A DNA stretch of 53,651 nucleotides from Pseudomonadota bacterium (GCA_039188505.1 JBCCZC010000002.1:1-53651), one strand, 5' to 3'. Counted from the first letter of the stretch, positions 36,728-47,217 are shown. Program-made: numbers and translations. The notes: a model not told the origin generated them from the sequence alone.

Positions 36728-37723
36728 ATGGAAGTCATGAACCGCTCGCGGAGGCGCGGCGCGCTCTGGGCGGTCACCACCTACTTCAATCCGCAACGGT
36801 ACCGGCGGCGGCTCATCAACTATCGCGCGTTCCGGCGCCATCTCGGCGTGCCGCTGCTGACGGTCGAACTGAATCGGCATGCGCAGTTCGAGCTGACCGC
36901 CAACGATGCCGACGTCCTCCTGCAGCTAACCGGCGAGGACCGCATCTGGCAGAAGGAACGGCTCCTCAATATCGGCTTCGAGCGACTCCCCGCACAGGTC
37001 GATTACGTCGCCTGGATCGACTGCGACCTGATCTTCGACGGCGACGAATGGATCGAGGGTACCGTCGATGCCATTGAGCAAACGACGGGAGCGGTGCAGC
37101 TCTTCGGCCGGGTCGACCACCTACCTCGAGATCTGGACCCGACTTCGGCGACGGTCGCTGGCTGCCGCGCCGCGACGCCGATCTTCAGCCGTTTCGGCGT
37201 CGCCAAGACGCATCGGTTGGGCTGGCATGACTACCTGGAGCCCGGCGTCGATCATTGGGAACAACCGGGTAGCGGGCCGGAGAACGTCCGCGCCACGCGG
37301 GGTTTCGCGTGGGCGGCACGCCGGGACGTTATCGCACGGTGCGGCCTCTACGACGCCAACGTCGTCGGCGGCGGGGACAGCCTAATCATCATGGGTGCGG
37401 CCGGACGCGGTGCCGACCTCTACGCCAGCGGGGGCGTGACCGCTGCCCACGCAGCCGGCATCGACGCCTGGGTGGAGCACGCAAGCGCCGCCGGCCTTCT
37501 GCCGGACCTCGGCTTCGTCGACACCCGAGCGTTCCATCTCTGGCACGGCGAGATCGCAAATCGGCGCTACCGGGAACGACATGCGCTGCTCGTCGAGCAT
37601 GGCTTCGATCCCGAGACCGACCTCGAACTCGCGGACAACGGTACCTGGCGCTGGCGGGATCCGGCGAGCGCGCTCGCGGATGCCGTGGCGACCTATTTCG
37701 AATCCCGCCGCGAGGACGGCTAG
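36728..37723 (+). CDS. putative GT-A fold glycosyltransferase-like protein
   Basis: YFNP..YRRRL.NY, WQKERLLN, YVAWIDCD (DxD), GFAWAARR, VGGGD, HLWHG...R.Y.ER. Confidence 0.65.
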   Translation: MEVMNRSRRRGALWAVTTYFNPQRYRRRLINYRAFRRHLGVPLLTVELNRHAQFELTANDADVLLQLTGEDRIWQKERLLNIGFERLPAQVDYVAWIDCDLIFDGDEWIEGTVDAIEQTTGAVQLFGRVDHLPRDLDPTSATVAGCRAATPIFSRFGVAKTHRLGWHDYLEPGVDHWEQPGSGPENVRATRGFAWAARRDVIARCGLYDANVVGGGDSLIIMGAAGRGADLYASGGVTAAHAAGIDAWVEHASAAGLLPDLGFVDTRAFHLWHGEIANRRYRERHALLVEHGFDPETDLELADNGTWRWRDPASALADAVATYFESRREDG

Positions 37724-37751
37724 CAGTCAGGTCGGCCCACCCGTCGATCGG

Positions 37752-38732
37752 CTAGTCGGCCAGCGGGTAGCCGCCCCGCACCGCACCCGCTTCGGTTGCG
37801 CGGTACAGCCCCCGATAGCTCTCAGGCAGCGGACGGCTGTTCGGAACCGCCAGCCAGAGTCGCAGCAGGAGCCGCTGCGTTTCGACGGTCGATCCGTCGG
37901 TGAAGGGGCGACGAGCGTGGAGCGTCAGGTAGTTGTTCACCAGCCACAGATCACCCGGTTGCAGCATGAACTCATGGCACAGCGTCGCCGAGCGTGCCAG
38001 GTTGCGAAAGGCCTGCAGCGCCTCGGCCTGCCTCGCCGAAATGTCAGGAACTTCGGGGTCGGCGAGCGCCTGCTCGATGAAATGCGGCGCGAGATTGCAG
38101 ACGAAGCGCCCCGCCTCCCGGGCGAATATCGGTCGACGGAGGAGTTCCGGGCCGATGTCACACCCGGGCAGCGGGAGCGTCGACGGATAGTCGTCGTGGA
38201 GGGCTTCAAGGAGCTCGGGAGCATCTCCAAGCGCTGCGCGGACGGCCAAGCTGCTGACGACCTGGCTCGCCCCCCCCTGCGCTGCCTGCCGCACGCACAG
38301 GAGGGCCGTGACGTCGCACGGGTCGTTGTGGAGGTTCAGACCGGCGGCGGTGCGGGTACCTCGGCGGGTGGGATCATCCCCGGTGCGAACCTCGTGCAAC
38401 AGCTCGCCGGCCGGTGATTGCGGTCGAGCGGTGCCGAAGTAGAGTCCCAGGCCGTGGAGGAGGCGAGGCAACGTTCGCTCCGGATAAAGATCCACGGGCA
38501 GCCCGCGGATCAGAACGGTCCCGAGTCCGTGCTCGAGCTGCTCGAGGAACCGGCTTGCGATCGTCGCTGCGAGCGTCGGCAGCGGGAAATCCGACGCCTC
38601 GAGTTCCTCGACGGCCACGCCTTCACTGGCGGCAACGGCAGCGTCGACCTCCTGAAGTTCTTCCGGTGAAAGCACGTAGATCCAGGCGGGGTCTGCCTGC
38701 AGCTCCGCTGCATTCCACGCGCGGGAGATCAT
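37752..38732 (-). CDS. TauD/TfdA family Fe(II)/2-oxoglutarate dioxygenase
   Basis: LHND (HxD), LLCVRQA..GG.S, LQPGD..LVNN...LHAR, RLLLRLWL. Confidence 0.88.
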   Translation of the reverse strand: MISRAWNAAELQADPAWIYVLSPEELQEVDAAVAASEGVAVEELEASDFPLPTLAATIASRFLEQLEHGLGTVLIRGLPVDLYPERTLPRLLHGLGLYFGTARPQSPAGELLHEVRTGDDPTRRGTRTAAGLNLHNDPCDVTALLCVRQAAQGGASQVVSSLAVRAALGDAPELLEALHDDYPSTLPLPGCDIGPELLRRPIFAREAGRFVCNLAPHFIEQALADPEVPDISARQAEALQAFRNLARSATLCHEFMLQPGDLWLVNNYLTLHARRPFTDGSTVETQRLLLRLWLAVPNSRPLPESYRGLYRATEAGAVRGGYPLAD

Positions 38733-38740
38733 CGGGCCAC

Positions 38741-39535
38741 TCAGACCGCGCGGATGATGCCACCTTCGACCCGAAGCGACTGACCGTTCATGGCCCCGTT
38801 GCTGGTCAGGAAGACGGTCGCCCGGGCCACCTCGTCCACATCGACGAAGCGCTGCACGAGCGAGGTCGGCTCGTGCTCCGCAAAGTAGTTCGTGGTGAGC
38901 TCATCAACGGGCTTGCCTTCCTCCCTGGCCAGGGTGTCAAAGTAGTTCTCGACCCCTTCGGTCCAGGTCGGTCCCGGGAGGACCGAGTTGACCGTGACAT
39001 CCTTCCCCTTGGTCAGTTCGGCCAGAGCGCGCGACAGGGACAGGAGGGCCGTCTTGGTCACCGAGTAGTGCACCATCTGACCCAGCGGCTTGATCGCGCA
39101 CTCCGAAGAAATGTTGACGATGCGACCGTAGCCACCGGCCAGCATCGCCGGCAGGAACGCTCGCGACAGCCGCACGGCGCTCATCACGTTGACGTTGAGG
39201 TAGTGCATCCACTCGTCGTCCGAGATGTCTTCGAAGGCACTGACCTCGAAGATGCCCGTATTGTTGATCAGGATGTCGACGCCGCCTTCCGACTGCAGCC
39301 GCGAAACCAGCGCGTCGGCCTCCCGTGCGCTCGAGAGGTCCGCAGCGATGCCGTGGACTTCGGCACCGGCGGCAGTGGCGCCCAGCTCGGCCGCGACCTC
39401 ATCGCAGCGATCCTGGCTGCGGCCGTTCACGTACACCGTGGCGCCCTCCCCCACATACGCGTTCGCTATGGCCTTGCCGATTCCGCCCGTCGAGCCGCTG
39501 ACGAGAACGCGCTTGCCGCCGAGTTTCAGATCCAT
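38741..39535 (-). CDS. SDR family oxidoreductase
   Basis: SGSTGGIG, VDILINNTG, YSVTK, VNSVLPGPT. Confidence 0.93.
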   Translation of the reverse strand: MDLKLGGKRVLVSGSTGGIGKAIANAYVGEGATVYVNGRSQDRCDEVAAELGATAAGAEVHGIAADLSSAREADALVSRLQSEGGVDILINNTGIFEVSAFEDISDDEWMHYLNVNVMSAVRLSRAFLPAMLAGGYGRIVNISSECAIKPLGQMVHYSVTKTALLSLSRALAELTKGKDVTVNSVLPGPTWTEGVENYFDTLAREEGKPVDELTTNYFAEHEPTSLVQRFVDVDEVARATVFLTSNGAMNGQSLRVEGGIIRAV

Positions 39536-39585
39536 CGTGTCTTCCTTCCCTGGCTACCGAAGGCCGCCGTCTACGCGGCCACGGA

Positions 39586-41325
39586 TCACGCCACGTCCGC
39601 GACCGTCGCCTTCGATTCCGACGGCTCCTCGTTCATCTCGTAGGCGCCGCTCAGCGTCGCCACATGCTCCTCCCACACCCGGTCAAAGCGTGCCGTGTCC
39701 ACGACCGGACGCCGGATCATCCGCCGCAGGAAGAACTGCTGCCGTCCCGTCGTGACCGTCTTGCCGAACATCTGGAGCGCATAGCGGGAGAAGTCGCGGA
39801 CCATCACGTCGAAGATCTGATCCAGCACATCGTCGGAGATGCCGTTGATCTTCGCATTCTCGATGATTAGCTGGCCGTAGACCACGAGCGTAAACAGCTC
39901 ACCCAGGTTGAGCAGAAAATCGATGTCCCGGGCCTGGTCCTTGGACGGGCGCGCGGCGGCGAGCATGAGCTTCAGGGTTCGGATCTGCTTCCGGAATACC
40001 TTGACATTCGGCAGATCGATGCCGGCGTAGGTCGCGCGATAGTCGTGGAAGCGGATTCTCCCGAGTCCCTTCGTCGGCCCCTGCTCGAACAGGAAGTCGT
40101 CGTTGGACGGCTCGTCCCGCTTGCCGACGACCGGAAAATCGCCGGGCTTGAAGAAGTAGTTGGCCATGAACTTGATGATCAGGGCCATATTGACGTGCAC
40201 GGTGCCCTCGAGCTTCGGCAGCGCCCGGATGTCCCGCGCAGCCATCTCGAAATACATGTCCTTCTCGAAGCCCTTCGCGGCGATCACGTCCCAGAGGTGG
40301 TTGATCACCTCCTCGCCCTGGGTGGTCACCTTCATCTTCACGATCGGGTTGTAGAGCAGGTAGCGCCGGTCATCCGGCGAGGCGGCCCGCATGTAGTCGG
40401 AGGCGCGCAGCGCAAACAGCTTCATGGAGAGCAGGAGGACGTAGGCGTCCACGAAGAGCTGCCGGATGTGCGGGAAATCCGTGACCGTGTGGTCGAACAG
40501 GCGCCGCCCGCTGGCGTGGTCGATGGCCTCGTAGAACGCATGGGTACAGATCCCGATCGACGCCCAGCCGAGGTTGTACTTGCAGAAGTTTATGGTGTTC
40601 AGCGACGCGTCCCAGGCCTCGCGGCCGCGGGAGAGAATCTCGGCGTCCGTGATCGGGTAGTCGTGGAGTGCGAATTCCGCTACGTAGTTCTGCGAGTTGC
40701 AGACGTTCTTCACGCACTCGTAGCGTTCATGCGTGGGTTCGACCACGAAAAAGACGTAGTCGTCCGTGCCCTCGATCTTGCCGAAGGTCGAGACCAGACC
40801 CGCCTTGTTGCCGTTGCCGATGTAGTACTTGCGCCCTCGGGCTAGCCAGGTGCCGTCCGCCTGGGGCACCAACGTCATCTCTGAAGCGTAGATGTCCGCC
40901 CCGTGCGCCTGCTCGGAAAGCCCGAAGGCGAAGATATGGCCCTCGCGGAGCAGCCGCGCGGCCTTCTGCTTGACCGCCTCGTTGTCCGAGATCCAGATAG
41001 GCCCGAGCCCCAGCATGCTGACCTGCCAGGTGTACCAGTAGGCCAGCCCGTAGAATCCGAGGATCTCGTTGAAGTCGCAGTTGCGCGAGGTGTCCCAGCG
41101 GGCGCCCTCGATGTCTTTCGCATAGCCCGACGGCGTCATCAGCCGGGCAAAGATCTGTTCCCGGCCGACGAAATCGAGGAAGTCCGCATACCAGATGCGC
41201 TCGTGATCGTCTTCCTTGATCCGGCGACGCCCCTTGTTCTCGAAGAACTCGATGGTCTTCCGCATGATCCGGACCGTCGCCTCGTCGGCGTGGGGCCGGT
41301 TGAATCGATGAGGATCGAGCAGCAT
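39586..41325 (-). CDS. acyl-CoA dehydrogenase family protein
   Basis: FAFGLSEQAHGAD, GRKYYIGNG, LPKLEGTVHVN. Confidence 0.92.
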   Translation of the reverse strand: MLLDPHRFNRPHADEATVRIMRKTIEFFENKGRRRIKEDDHERIWYADFLDFVGREQIFARLMTPSGYAKDIEGARWDTSRNCDFNEILGFYGLAYWYTWQVSMLGLGPIWISDNEAVKQKAARLLREGHIFAFGLSEQAHGADIYASEMTLVPQADGTWLARGRKYYIGNGNKAGLVSTFGKIEGTDDYVFFVVEPTHERYECVKNVCNSQNYVAEFALHDYPITDAEILSRGREAWDASLNTINFCKYNLGWASIGICTHAFYEAIDHASGRRLFDHTVTDFPHIRQLFVDAYVLLLSMKLFALRASDYMRAASPDDRRYLLYNPIVKMKVTTQGEEVINHLWDVIAAKGFEKDMYFEMAARDIRALPKLEGTVHVNMALIIKFMANYFFKPGDFPVVGKRDEPSNDDFLFEQGPTKGLGRIRFHDYRATYAGIDLPNVKVFRKQIRTLKLMLAAARPSKDQARDIDFLLNLGELFTLVVYGQLIIENAKINGISDDVLDQIFDVMVRDFSRYALQMFGKTVTTGRQQFFLRRMIRRPVVDTARFDRVWEEHVATLSGAYEMNEEPSESKATVADVA

Positions 41326-41448
41326 GGAAACCCCCTCGCGATCGTGCTGTTCCGGGCGTTCGCCCGTGCGTCACCAGCATGACACGAAGGATTGCCGCCG
41401 TCATGACCTGCTCGACGACCTCCCGCGGGATGGACCACCGGTGTCGCC

Positions 41449-42123
41449 TCAGTCCGCCACGGCAGACTCGATTGCCCTGCCGATCGCCAGCAGGCTCTCG
41501 GCGCAGTGGACCGCACCGGCCGCACGCTGCTGGTCTGACGGTACGTCCCGGCAAAAACCGAAGACCGTCATCCCGGCGGCGACGCCTGCGAGGATGCCGG
41601 TGGTCGAATCCTCGACGACCGCACAGCGCTCCGGCGCTACGGCGAGGAGTTCGGCGGCTCGGAGGTAGACGTCCGGCGCGGGCTTGCCGCGGGTCACGTC
41701 GGTCGAGGCGACGGTGTGGCCAAAGCGTCCGGCGAGCCCCGAATGCCTCAGCTTCCGCTCGAGCTCGGAGCGAGGGGCGTTGGTCGCCACCGCGACGGGC
41801 ACCCCCAGGGCGTCGAGCACCGCTTCCGCTTCGGGGATCAGCGGAACGCCGGCTTCGAAGCGCCGGCGAATCAATACCCCGGCCTCGTCGAAGGCCTGCT
41901 CTCCCGCTGCATCCCCCAGGAGCTGTCGGGCCCTCGCGCGGTTGTCTTCGATCGTGAAGCCGCCGAACTGCCGGAAGACCTCGTCGTAGGGCAGCTCGAC
42001 GCCGTACTCCGCGAGGACCTGCTGCCAGGAGCCATTGATGCAGCGTTCCGTATCGAGCAGCACGCCGTCGCAGTCGAAGATCACCGCGTCGAAGCGCCGC
42101 GGGCCTGAAGTCGGTCGGTCCAT
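41449..42123 (-). CDS. HAD family phosphatase
   Basis: IFDCDGVLLDTE, VATN, GKPAPDVY, VVEDSTTGI.AG.AAGM. Confidence 0.92.
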   Translation of the reverse strand: MDRPTSGPRRFDAVIFDCDGVLLDTERCINGSWQQVLAEYGVELPYDEVFRQFGGFTIEDNRARARQLLGDAAGEQAFDEAGVLIRRRFEAGVPLIPEAEAVLDALGVPVAVATNAPRSELERKLRHSGLAGRFGHTVASTDVTRGKPAPDVYLRAAELLAVAPERCAVVEDSTTGILAGVAAGMTVFGFCRDVPSDQQRAAGAVHCAESLLAIGRAIESAVAD

Positions 42124-42318
42124 TCCAAGTCTTATTCGTCGTTGACGGGGGCGAAGGATGAACGGCCGAAAGCCAAGGTGAGATCAAGACGCCATCGCAG
42201 CGAAGGTTTGACGATTGTCCACAACAATCGACGGGCAATCGGGCTACGCTGGAGGAAATATTCGGAAATCGGTCGATGCGGGGGGCGGGCCCACGCCCCG
42301 CGCGGATCAGCTTCGAAC

Positions 42319-43392
42319 ATGAACACGACCCATCACTGCGAGTGCCGCTCCGACGAGCGCCGGTTGGCGCTCATACCGGCTCGACTTCCCGGCAAGGAAC
42401 GCGAAGAACTCATCGAGGCCGGCCGCCACTGGGGCTGGACGCTCGATACGGCCAGCGACGTGCTGCTCGTTGGCGTGGGCGGCTCCTCCCGCTTCCAGTC
42501 CCTCGCGCAGATCGGCGATGCGATTCGGGGCATGGTCCCTTCGGCGTTCGAGCGCGTTGCCGCAGCGTGGCTCGACGATAGACCGCTGGCGGACCAGTGG
42601 ATCGCCCTGGTCAACGCGCCCCGGCTGATCGAACTCGCCCCGGTCGACGACGCCGGCCTCGGCCCGATGCTGCGCGAGCGGCGCGTGGAGAGCTGGCGCC
42701 AGCGGATCATCGACCTTCGCGACGGCAGGATCTGGGGGCACGAATGTCTGATTCGCGGTCGTACGCCCGACGGGGAACTCGTCAGCGCGGCAACCCTGGT
42801 GGAAAACGCCCGCCGCGAGCAGCTCATGTTCATGTTCGATCGCGTCTGCCGGGAAACTCACGCAGCGGCCATCGCAGACGCCGATGGCGAGCTGAACTAT
42901 CTCATCAATTTTCAGCCTGCGGTGATCTACGAACCCAGCGTTTGTCTCGCGACCACGGAGCGAATCCTGGCAAAGGCGGACCTGCGGCCCGAGCAGATCA
43001 TCTTCGAGGTGGTCGAGTCCGAGCGGGTGGAGGACATCGGCAACCTGCAGCGGATCGTCGAGCATTACCGCAAAAAGGGCTTTCGCTTCGCTCTCGACGA
43101 CTTCGGCAGCGCCTACAGCGGACTCGAGCTGCTCCTCGAACTCGTCCCCGATATCGTCAAGCTCGATCGGGCCATCGTGGCTCACCTCCCGGACTCGGAA
43201 GTGCACCGTTCGATCTGTGAATCGATCGTCCAGGCCTGCCATGATCACGGCATCATGCTGCTCGCGGAAGGAATCGAGACCGAGGCCGAACTCACCGCCG
43301 CCGAAAACCTCGGCATCGAATTCGGCCAGGGCTACTTCATCGGCCGACCGCAGCCGTTCGCGGACGGTGGCGCGAGCACGCCGCCCGCATGA
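42319..43392 (+). CDS. EAL-domain c-di-GMP phosphodiesterase with uncharacterised N-terminal domain
   Basis: HECLIR (ExL), INF, IFEVVESE, LDDFGSAYS, VKLDR, LAEGIET, QGYFIGRP. ATG 42319. Confidence 0.88.
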   Translation: MNTTHHCECRSDERRLALIPARLPGKEREELIEAGRHWGWTLDTASDVLLVGVGGSSRFQSLAQIGDAIRGMVPSAFERVAAAWLDDRPLADQWIALVNAPRLIELAPVDDAGLGPMLRERRVESWRQRIIDLRDGRIWGHECLIRGRTPDGELVSAATLVENARREQLMFMFDRVCRETHAAAIADADGELNYLINFQPAVIYEPSVCLATTERILAKADLRPEQIIFEVVESERVEDIGNLQRIVEHYRKKGFRFALDDFGSAYSGLELLLELVPDIVKLDRAIVAHLPDSEVHRSICESIVQACHDHGIMLLAEGIETEAELTAAENLGIEFGQGYFIGRPQPFADGGASTPPA

Positions 43393-43432
43393 ATGATGCT
43401 GACCAGGAGGCCTGCTCCTGGGTCCGGATTCG

Positions 43433-44185
43433 TCAGGAAGATTCGCGGCCGCGGCGGCGGTCGAGCAGGATCATCACCACCATGACCGCCAGAGTCGAAA
43501 GCAGCACGGTCCAGAAGATCGGTTCGCGTTCGAAACCGACGATGATGGCCGTGACGATCACCACCGCCAGGAAGATGCCGGCCCCAACGCCCATCCAGCG
43601 TTCGGAATCCTTGCGGTCCTGCAGCGCGTCTACGGCGACACCCCGGCGACGGCGCCACCCGTCGCGGACGCTGAAGATCGTCATGCCAGCGACCGTTGCA
43701 AGAACGAGCGTGCCGAACGCCAGCGCCGGAATGGCGTAGACCACGCCCTTCCGCTCGAGCACGCTTCTGCCGGGGTCTCCGGGATCGATGAAGGCCTCGA
43801 TGCCTGACCCGGGCGCGAACCGCTAAGCGGCGCCCGAGGCCAGCCGTTCGGCCTTGCCGGGAGAGTCCACCCGGCCGAAATCGAGGACGTCTCTCCCCCG
43901 ATGGCCCCTTCCATCGACCTCATAGCGGTATAGGATCGCCGCCGTGACCGAATAGCTGTTGCGGCTGCTCGTAACGGCACTGCCTCGATTGACGGCTGGG
44001 CGAGTCTCCAGAACGGTCGCCTCGACGGGTTCGTAGCCGGTGCTTGCCCGGTCGAAACCGTAGAGGCCAGCCCCGAAGAAGAGGGCGCCGAAGGCCAGCA
44101 TGAACAAGGCAGCGATCATGTTGCCTAGCAACCGCAGCACGCTTCCGAGACCGCCGAGCAGCCCTTTCTTCCCAGTTTCCGCCAC
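43433..44185 (-). pseudogene. DUF3592-like membrane protein with one in-frame TAG
   Basis: TM - VEATVLE...ILYRYEVDG...GAA*RFAPGSGIEAFIDPGDPGRSVLER - TMs in a single frame; TAG at 43823-43825. Confidence 0.75.
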
Positions 44186-44509
44186 CGCCGCGCAGTCCCA
44201 TCAACCCCGACCACGGCGACTATAGTCCGGAAGACCGAACTCGGCGAGTTCCGTGCGGAGCGTCGCGCCCCGGCGAGGGGCCCCCAGGGCGACGTTGGAC
44301 CCTCGGGGCGTTTTCCGTTAGGCCATCGCCGTCCGTACTCGCTCCTGCTGGTGAATCGCCAGACCGGGGCGCGCGACCGCCCCCCCGTGCTCGAACCCGG
44401 AAACAGCGCGATGGCCCACCCGATTCGCTATCGCGGGCGGAACAGCGGATCATGCGCGGATCGCCCTGCCGCTACGCAACGCCGGCGCCGGGCCTCGGAG
44501 ACCGATGCC

Positions 44510-46192
44510 ATGCCCGATGTTCCCACCACCTTTCGCGAGTTCGACCTCCTGCCGCCGCTGCTCGAAGCCCTCGACGCAGTGGGCTACGAGAACCCGTCAC
44601 CGATTCAGGCCCAGAGCATTCCGCCGCTGGCTGCGGGCCGGGATCTGCTCGGTCACGCACCGACCGGGACCGGCAAGACGGCAGCGTTCGCGCTACCGAT
44701 CCTTCACCGGCTCGACCTCCGCAGTCGCCACGTTCAGGCCCTGGTGCTCGCACCCACGCGGGAGCTCGCAATTCAGGTCGCGGAGGCCTTCCAGCGCTAC
44801 GCGACACGTCTGCCCGGCTTTCACGTGCTGCCGATCTACGGCGGCCAGGACTACAAGACCCAGCTGCGGGCGCTCAAGCGCGGGGTGCAGGTCGTCGTCG
44901 GGACGCCCGGGCGCGTCATGGACCACCTGCGACGCGGCACGCTGAAGCTCGATTCGCTACAGGCGCTGGTGCTCGACGAAGCGGACGAGATGCTGCGTAT
45001 GGGCTTCATCGAAGACGTCGAGTGGATCCTCGAGCAAACGCCGGAGGGGCGCCAGCTGGCGCTCTTCTCGGCAACGATGCCCCCGGAGGTGCAGCGCATC
45101 GCCCAGCGTCAGCTGAACGACCCCGTCGAGGTGGCCATCGCACAGCGGACCAAGACCGCCGAGACCATTCGCCAGCACTACTGGCTCGTAAGCGGCCTGC
45201 ACAAGCTCGACGCGCTCACGCGGATTCTCGAGGCCGACCCCTTCGACGCAATGATCGTGTTCGTCCGGACCAAGAACGCAACGGCCGAGCTCGCCGAACG
45301 GCTCGAAGCGCGGGGCTTCGCGGCGGCGGCTCTCAACGGCGACATGCCGCAGAAGCTGCGCGAGCAGACCATCGACCGCCTCAAGCGCGGATCTCTGGAC
45401 ATCCTAGTCGCCACGGACGTGGCCGCGCGGGGCCTGGATGTGGAGCGCATCAGCCACGTGGTCAACTATGACGTTCCCTACGACGCGGAAGCCTACGTTC
45501 ATCGCATCGGACGTACGGGCCGCGCTGGACGCGAGGGCGACGCGATCCTGTTCATCGCGCCCCGTGAGCGACGCATGCTGCGCGCCATCGAGAAGGCCAC
45601 GCGCCAGCCCATCGAGCCGCTGCAGCTGCCCACGACCGAGGTCATCAACAACAAGCGGATCGCCAACTTCAAGCAGTCGATCACCGATACGCTCGCCGCC
45701 GGCGAGCTGGAATTCATGCAGGGGCTTATCGACGCGTACCAGCGCGAGCACGATGTGCCCCCGCTCGAGATCGCCGCAGCGCTGGCGAAGCAGGTTGTCG
45801 GCGACAGGCCGATGCTGCTCGCTCCGGACCCGGAACCCGTACGGCTGCCCGACCGGCGGACGGACGCACCGCGGCAGAAGGGGCCGCGCAAGGGGCCGAA
45901 GGATAAACCCGGACCCAGGAAGGACCGGCCGCCGGAGAAGGATCTGGAGCGATTTCGCGTCGAAGTCGGCCACCGACACAAGGTGAAGCCGGGCAACCTG
46001 GTCGGCGCCATCGCCAACGAGGCCGGCCTCGACTCGCGCTACATCGGACGGATCGATATCTTCGATACTTACAGCGAGATCGACCTGCCGATCGGCATGC
46101 CGAAGGAAGTGTTCCGAGACCTGAAGAAGACGCGCGTCTGCGGCCAGGCGCTCAGGATCTCCCGGGTTGGAGAGAAGCGACGTAAGGACTAG
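44510..46192 (+). CDS. deaD: cold-shock DEAD-box RNA helicase with DbpA-type RNA-binding domain
   Basis: PSPIQ, APTGTGKT, PTRELA, DEADEML, SAT, ARGLD, HRIGRTGRAG, VKPGNLVGAIANEAG. Confidence 0.92.
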   Translation: MPDVPTTFREFDLLPPLLEALDAVGYENPSPIQAQSIPPLAAGRDLLGHAPTGTGKTAAFALPILHRLDLRSRHVQALVLAPTRELAIQVAEAFQRYATRLPGFHVLPIYGGQDYKTQLRALKRGVQVVVGTPGRVMDHLRRGTLKLDSLQALVLDEADEMLRMGFIEDVEWILEQTPEGRQLALFSATMPPEVQRIAQRQLNDPVEVAIAQRTKTAETIRQHYWLVSGLHKLDALTRILEADPFDAMIVFVRTKNATAELAERLEARGFAAAALNGDMPQKLREQTIDRLKRGSLDILVATDVAARGLDVERISHVVNYDVPYDAEAYVHRIGRTGRAGREGDAILFIAPRERRMLRAIEKATRQPIEPLQLPTTEVINNKRIANFKQSITDTLAAGELEFMQGLIDAYQREHDVPPLEIAAALAKQVVGDRPMLLAPDPEPVRLPDRRTDAPRQKGPRKGPKDKPGPRKDRPPEKDLERFRVEVGHRHKVKPGNLVGAIANEAGLDSRYIGRIDIFDTYSEIDLPIGMPKEVFRDLKKTRVCGQALRISRVGEKRRKD

Positions 46193-46216
46193 TCCGGGCG
46201 GCGTTGCTGAGTGACC

Positions 46217-46558
46217 ATGGCCACCGTCGCCCTGCTTCCCGTTGTGTTCTCTTGCCTGCTGCTCGCGGCCCACTTCCTGCGCGCCAGGCATACGGTGCTT
46301 ACCCCCGCCTGTGTCGCTCTTCCGTTGCTCCTGCTGCTGCGAGAACGTCGGGTGCCGAGAGTCTTCCAGGTCGTCCTGCTGCTCGGGTGCCTCGAGTGGA
46401 TGAGGACGCTGATCGCGGCAGCGATCGATCGTAGCGACGCCAGCGAGCCCTGGGGCCGGCTCGCCGTGATCCTTTCGGCAGTCGCCGCTTTCACTGCGGC
46501 CAGCGCCCTGGTGTTTCGTTTGCGCGGGGTGCGTCGGCGCTTCGACGAGCAACCCTGA
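46217..46558 (+). CDS. small multi-TM membrane protein
   Basis: Hydrophobic ORF (LLLAAHFLR...EW.RTL...PW.RLAVIL) right after deaD. Confidence 0.75.
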   Translation: MATVALLPVVFSCLLLAAHFLRARHTVLTPACVALPLLLLLRERRVPRVFQVVLLLGCLEWMRTLIAAAIDRSDASEPWGRLAVILSAVAAFTAASALVFRLRGVRRRFDEQP

Positions 46559-46647
46559 AGGCGCTGCGAAAAATCGCGGCCCAGGCCTCGAAACGGCCGT
46601 CCGCAAAGCTGCTATGCTGCGGCCTTCGCATGGATTGCGGTACGCCA

Positions 46648-47217
46648 ATGAACCTGAACATTGCAGCGGTGGGCAATGATCATGTGGACGTCCAGGGGAC
46701 ACTTCCGGAAGGCACGGTCATTCGGGATCTGGATGCCCATGTGGATCCGCGCGGCGCCTTCACCGAGGTGTACGCCGATCAGTGGGAGCTGCCGATCGTT
46801 CCGGAGCAGTGGAGTATCGTGCGATCGACGGCACGTGTCCTGCGCGGCATGCACGTTCACTGGCAGCACGACGAGTACTTCATGGTGCTCGCCGGGCGGG
46901 CGATGGTTGGTCTTCATGATATCCGACCCAATTCGCCAACCCACGGCCGCGGCTGTCTGATCGATCTCAGGCCCGAGACACCAAGCTGCCTCGCCTTCCC
47001 CCGCGGCATCCTTCACGGCTGGTACTTTCCAGTGCCGACCCTGCACCTGCAGGGGGTCTCCGAGGCCCATAGCAGCTATCACCCGCATGACAATCAAGGT
47101 TGCCACTTCGGGGATCCCGCGCTCGATATTCCCTGGCCCGATCAGGCCCCGATCCTGTCGCAGCGCGCCGCAGGCTTTCCATCGCTCGCGGAGCTGCTCG
47201 CCAAGAACGGCGGATGA
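46648..47217 (+). CDS. dTDP-4-dehydrorhamnose 3,5-epimerase (RmlC)-like cupin
   Basis: DPRGAFTE, VLRGMH, DIRPNSPT.G, PRGILHG, DPALDIPWP...LS.R. Confidence 0.85.
   Translation: MNLNIAAVGNDHVDVQGTLPEGTVIRDLDAHVDPRGAFTEVYADQWELPIVPEQWSIVRSTARVLRGMHVHWQHDEYFMVLAGRAMVGLHDIRPNSPTHGRGCLIDLRPETPSCLAFPRGILHGWYFPVPTLHLQGVSEAHSSYHPHDNQGCHFGDPALDIPWPDQAPILSQRAAGFPSLAELLAKNGG

Noticed and set aside
42124-42318. c-di-GMP riboswitch upstream of the EAL gene
   Set aside because: A GAAA-type loop is present, but I could not match the class I or II consensus.
34635-44185. Genome-wide stop-codon reassignment (TAG recoding)
   Set aside because: TAG ends many intact genes at expected C-termini (e.g. 17723, 24932, 29706, 46192), and one internal stop is TAA.
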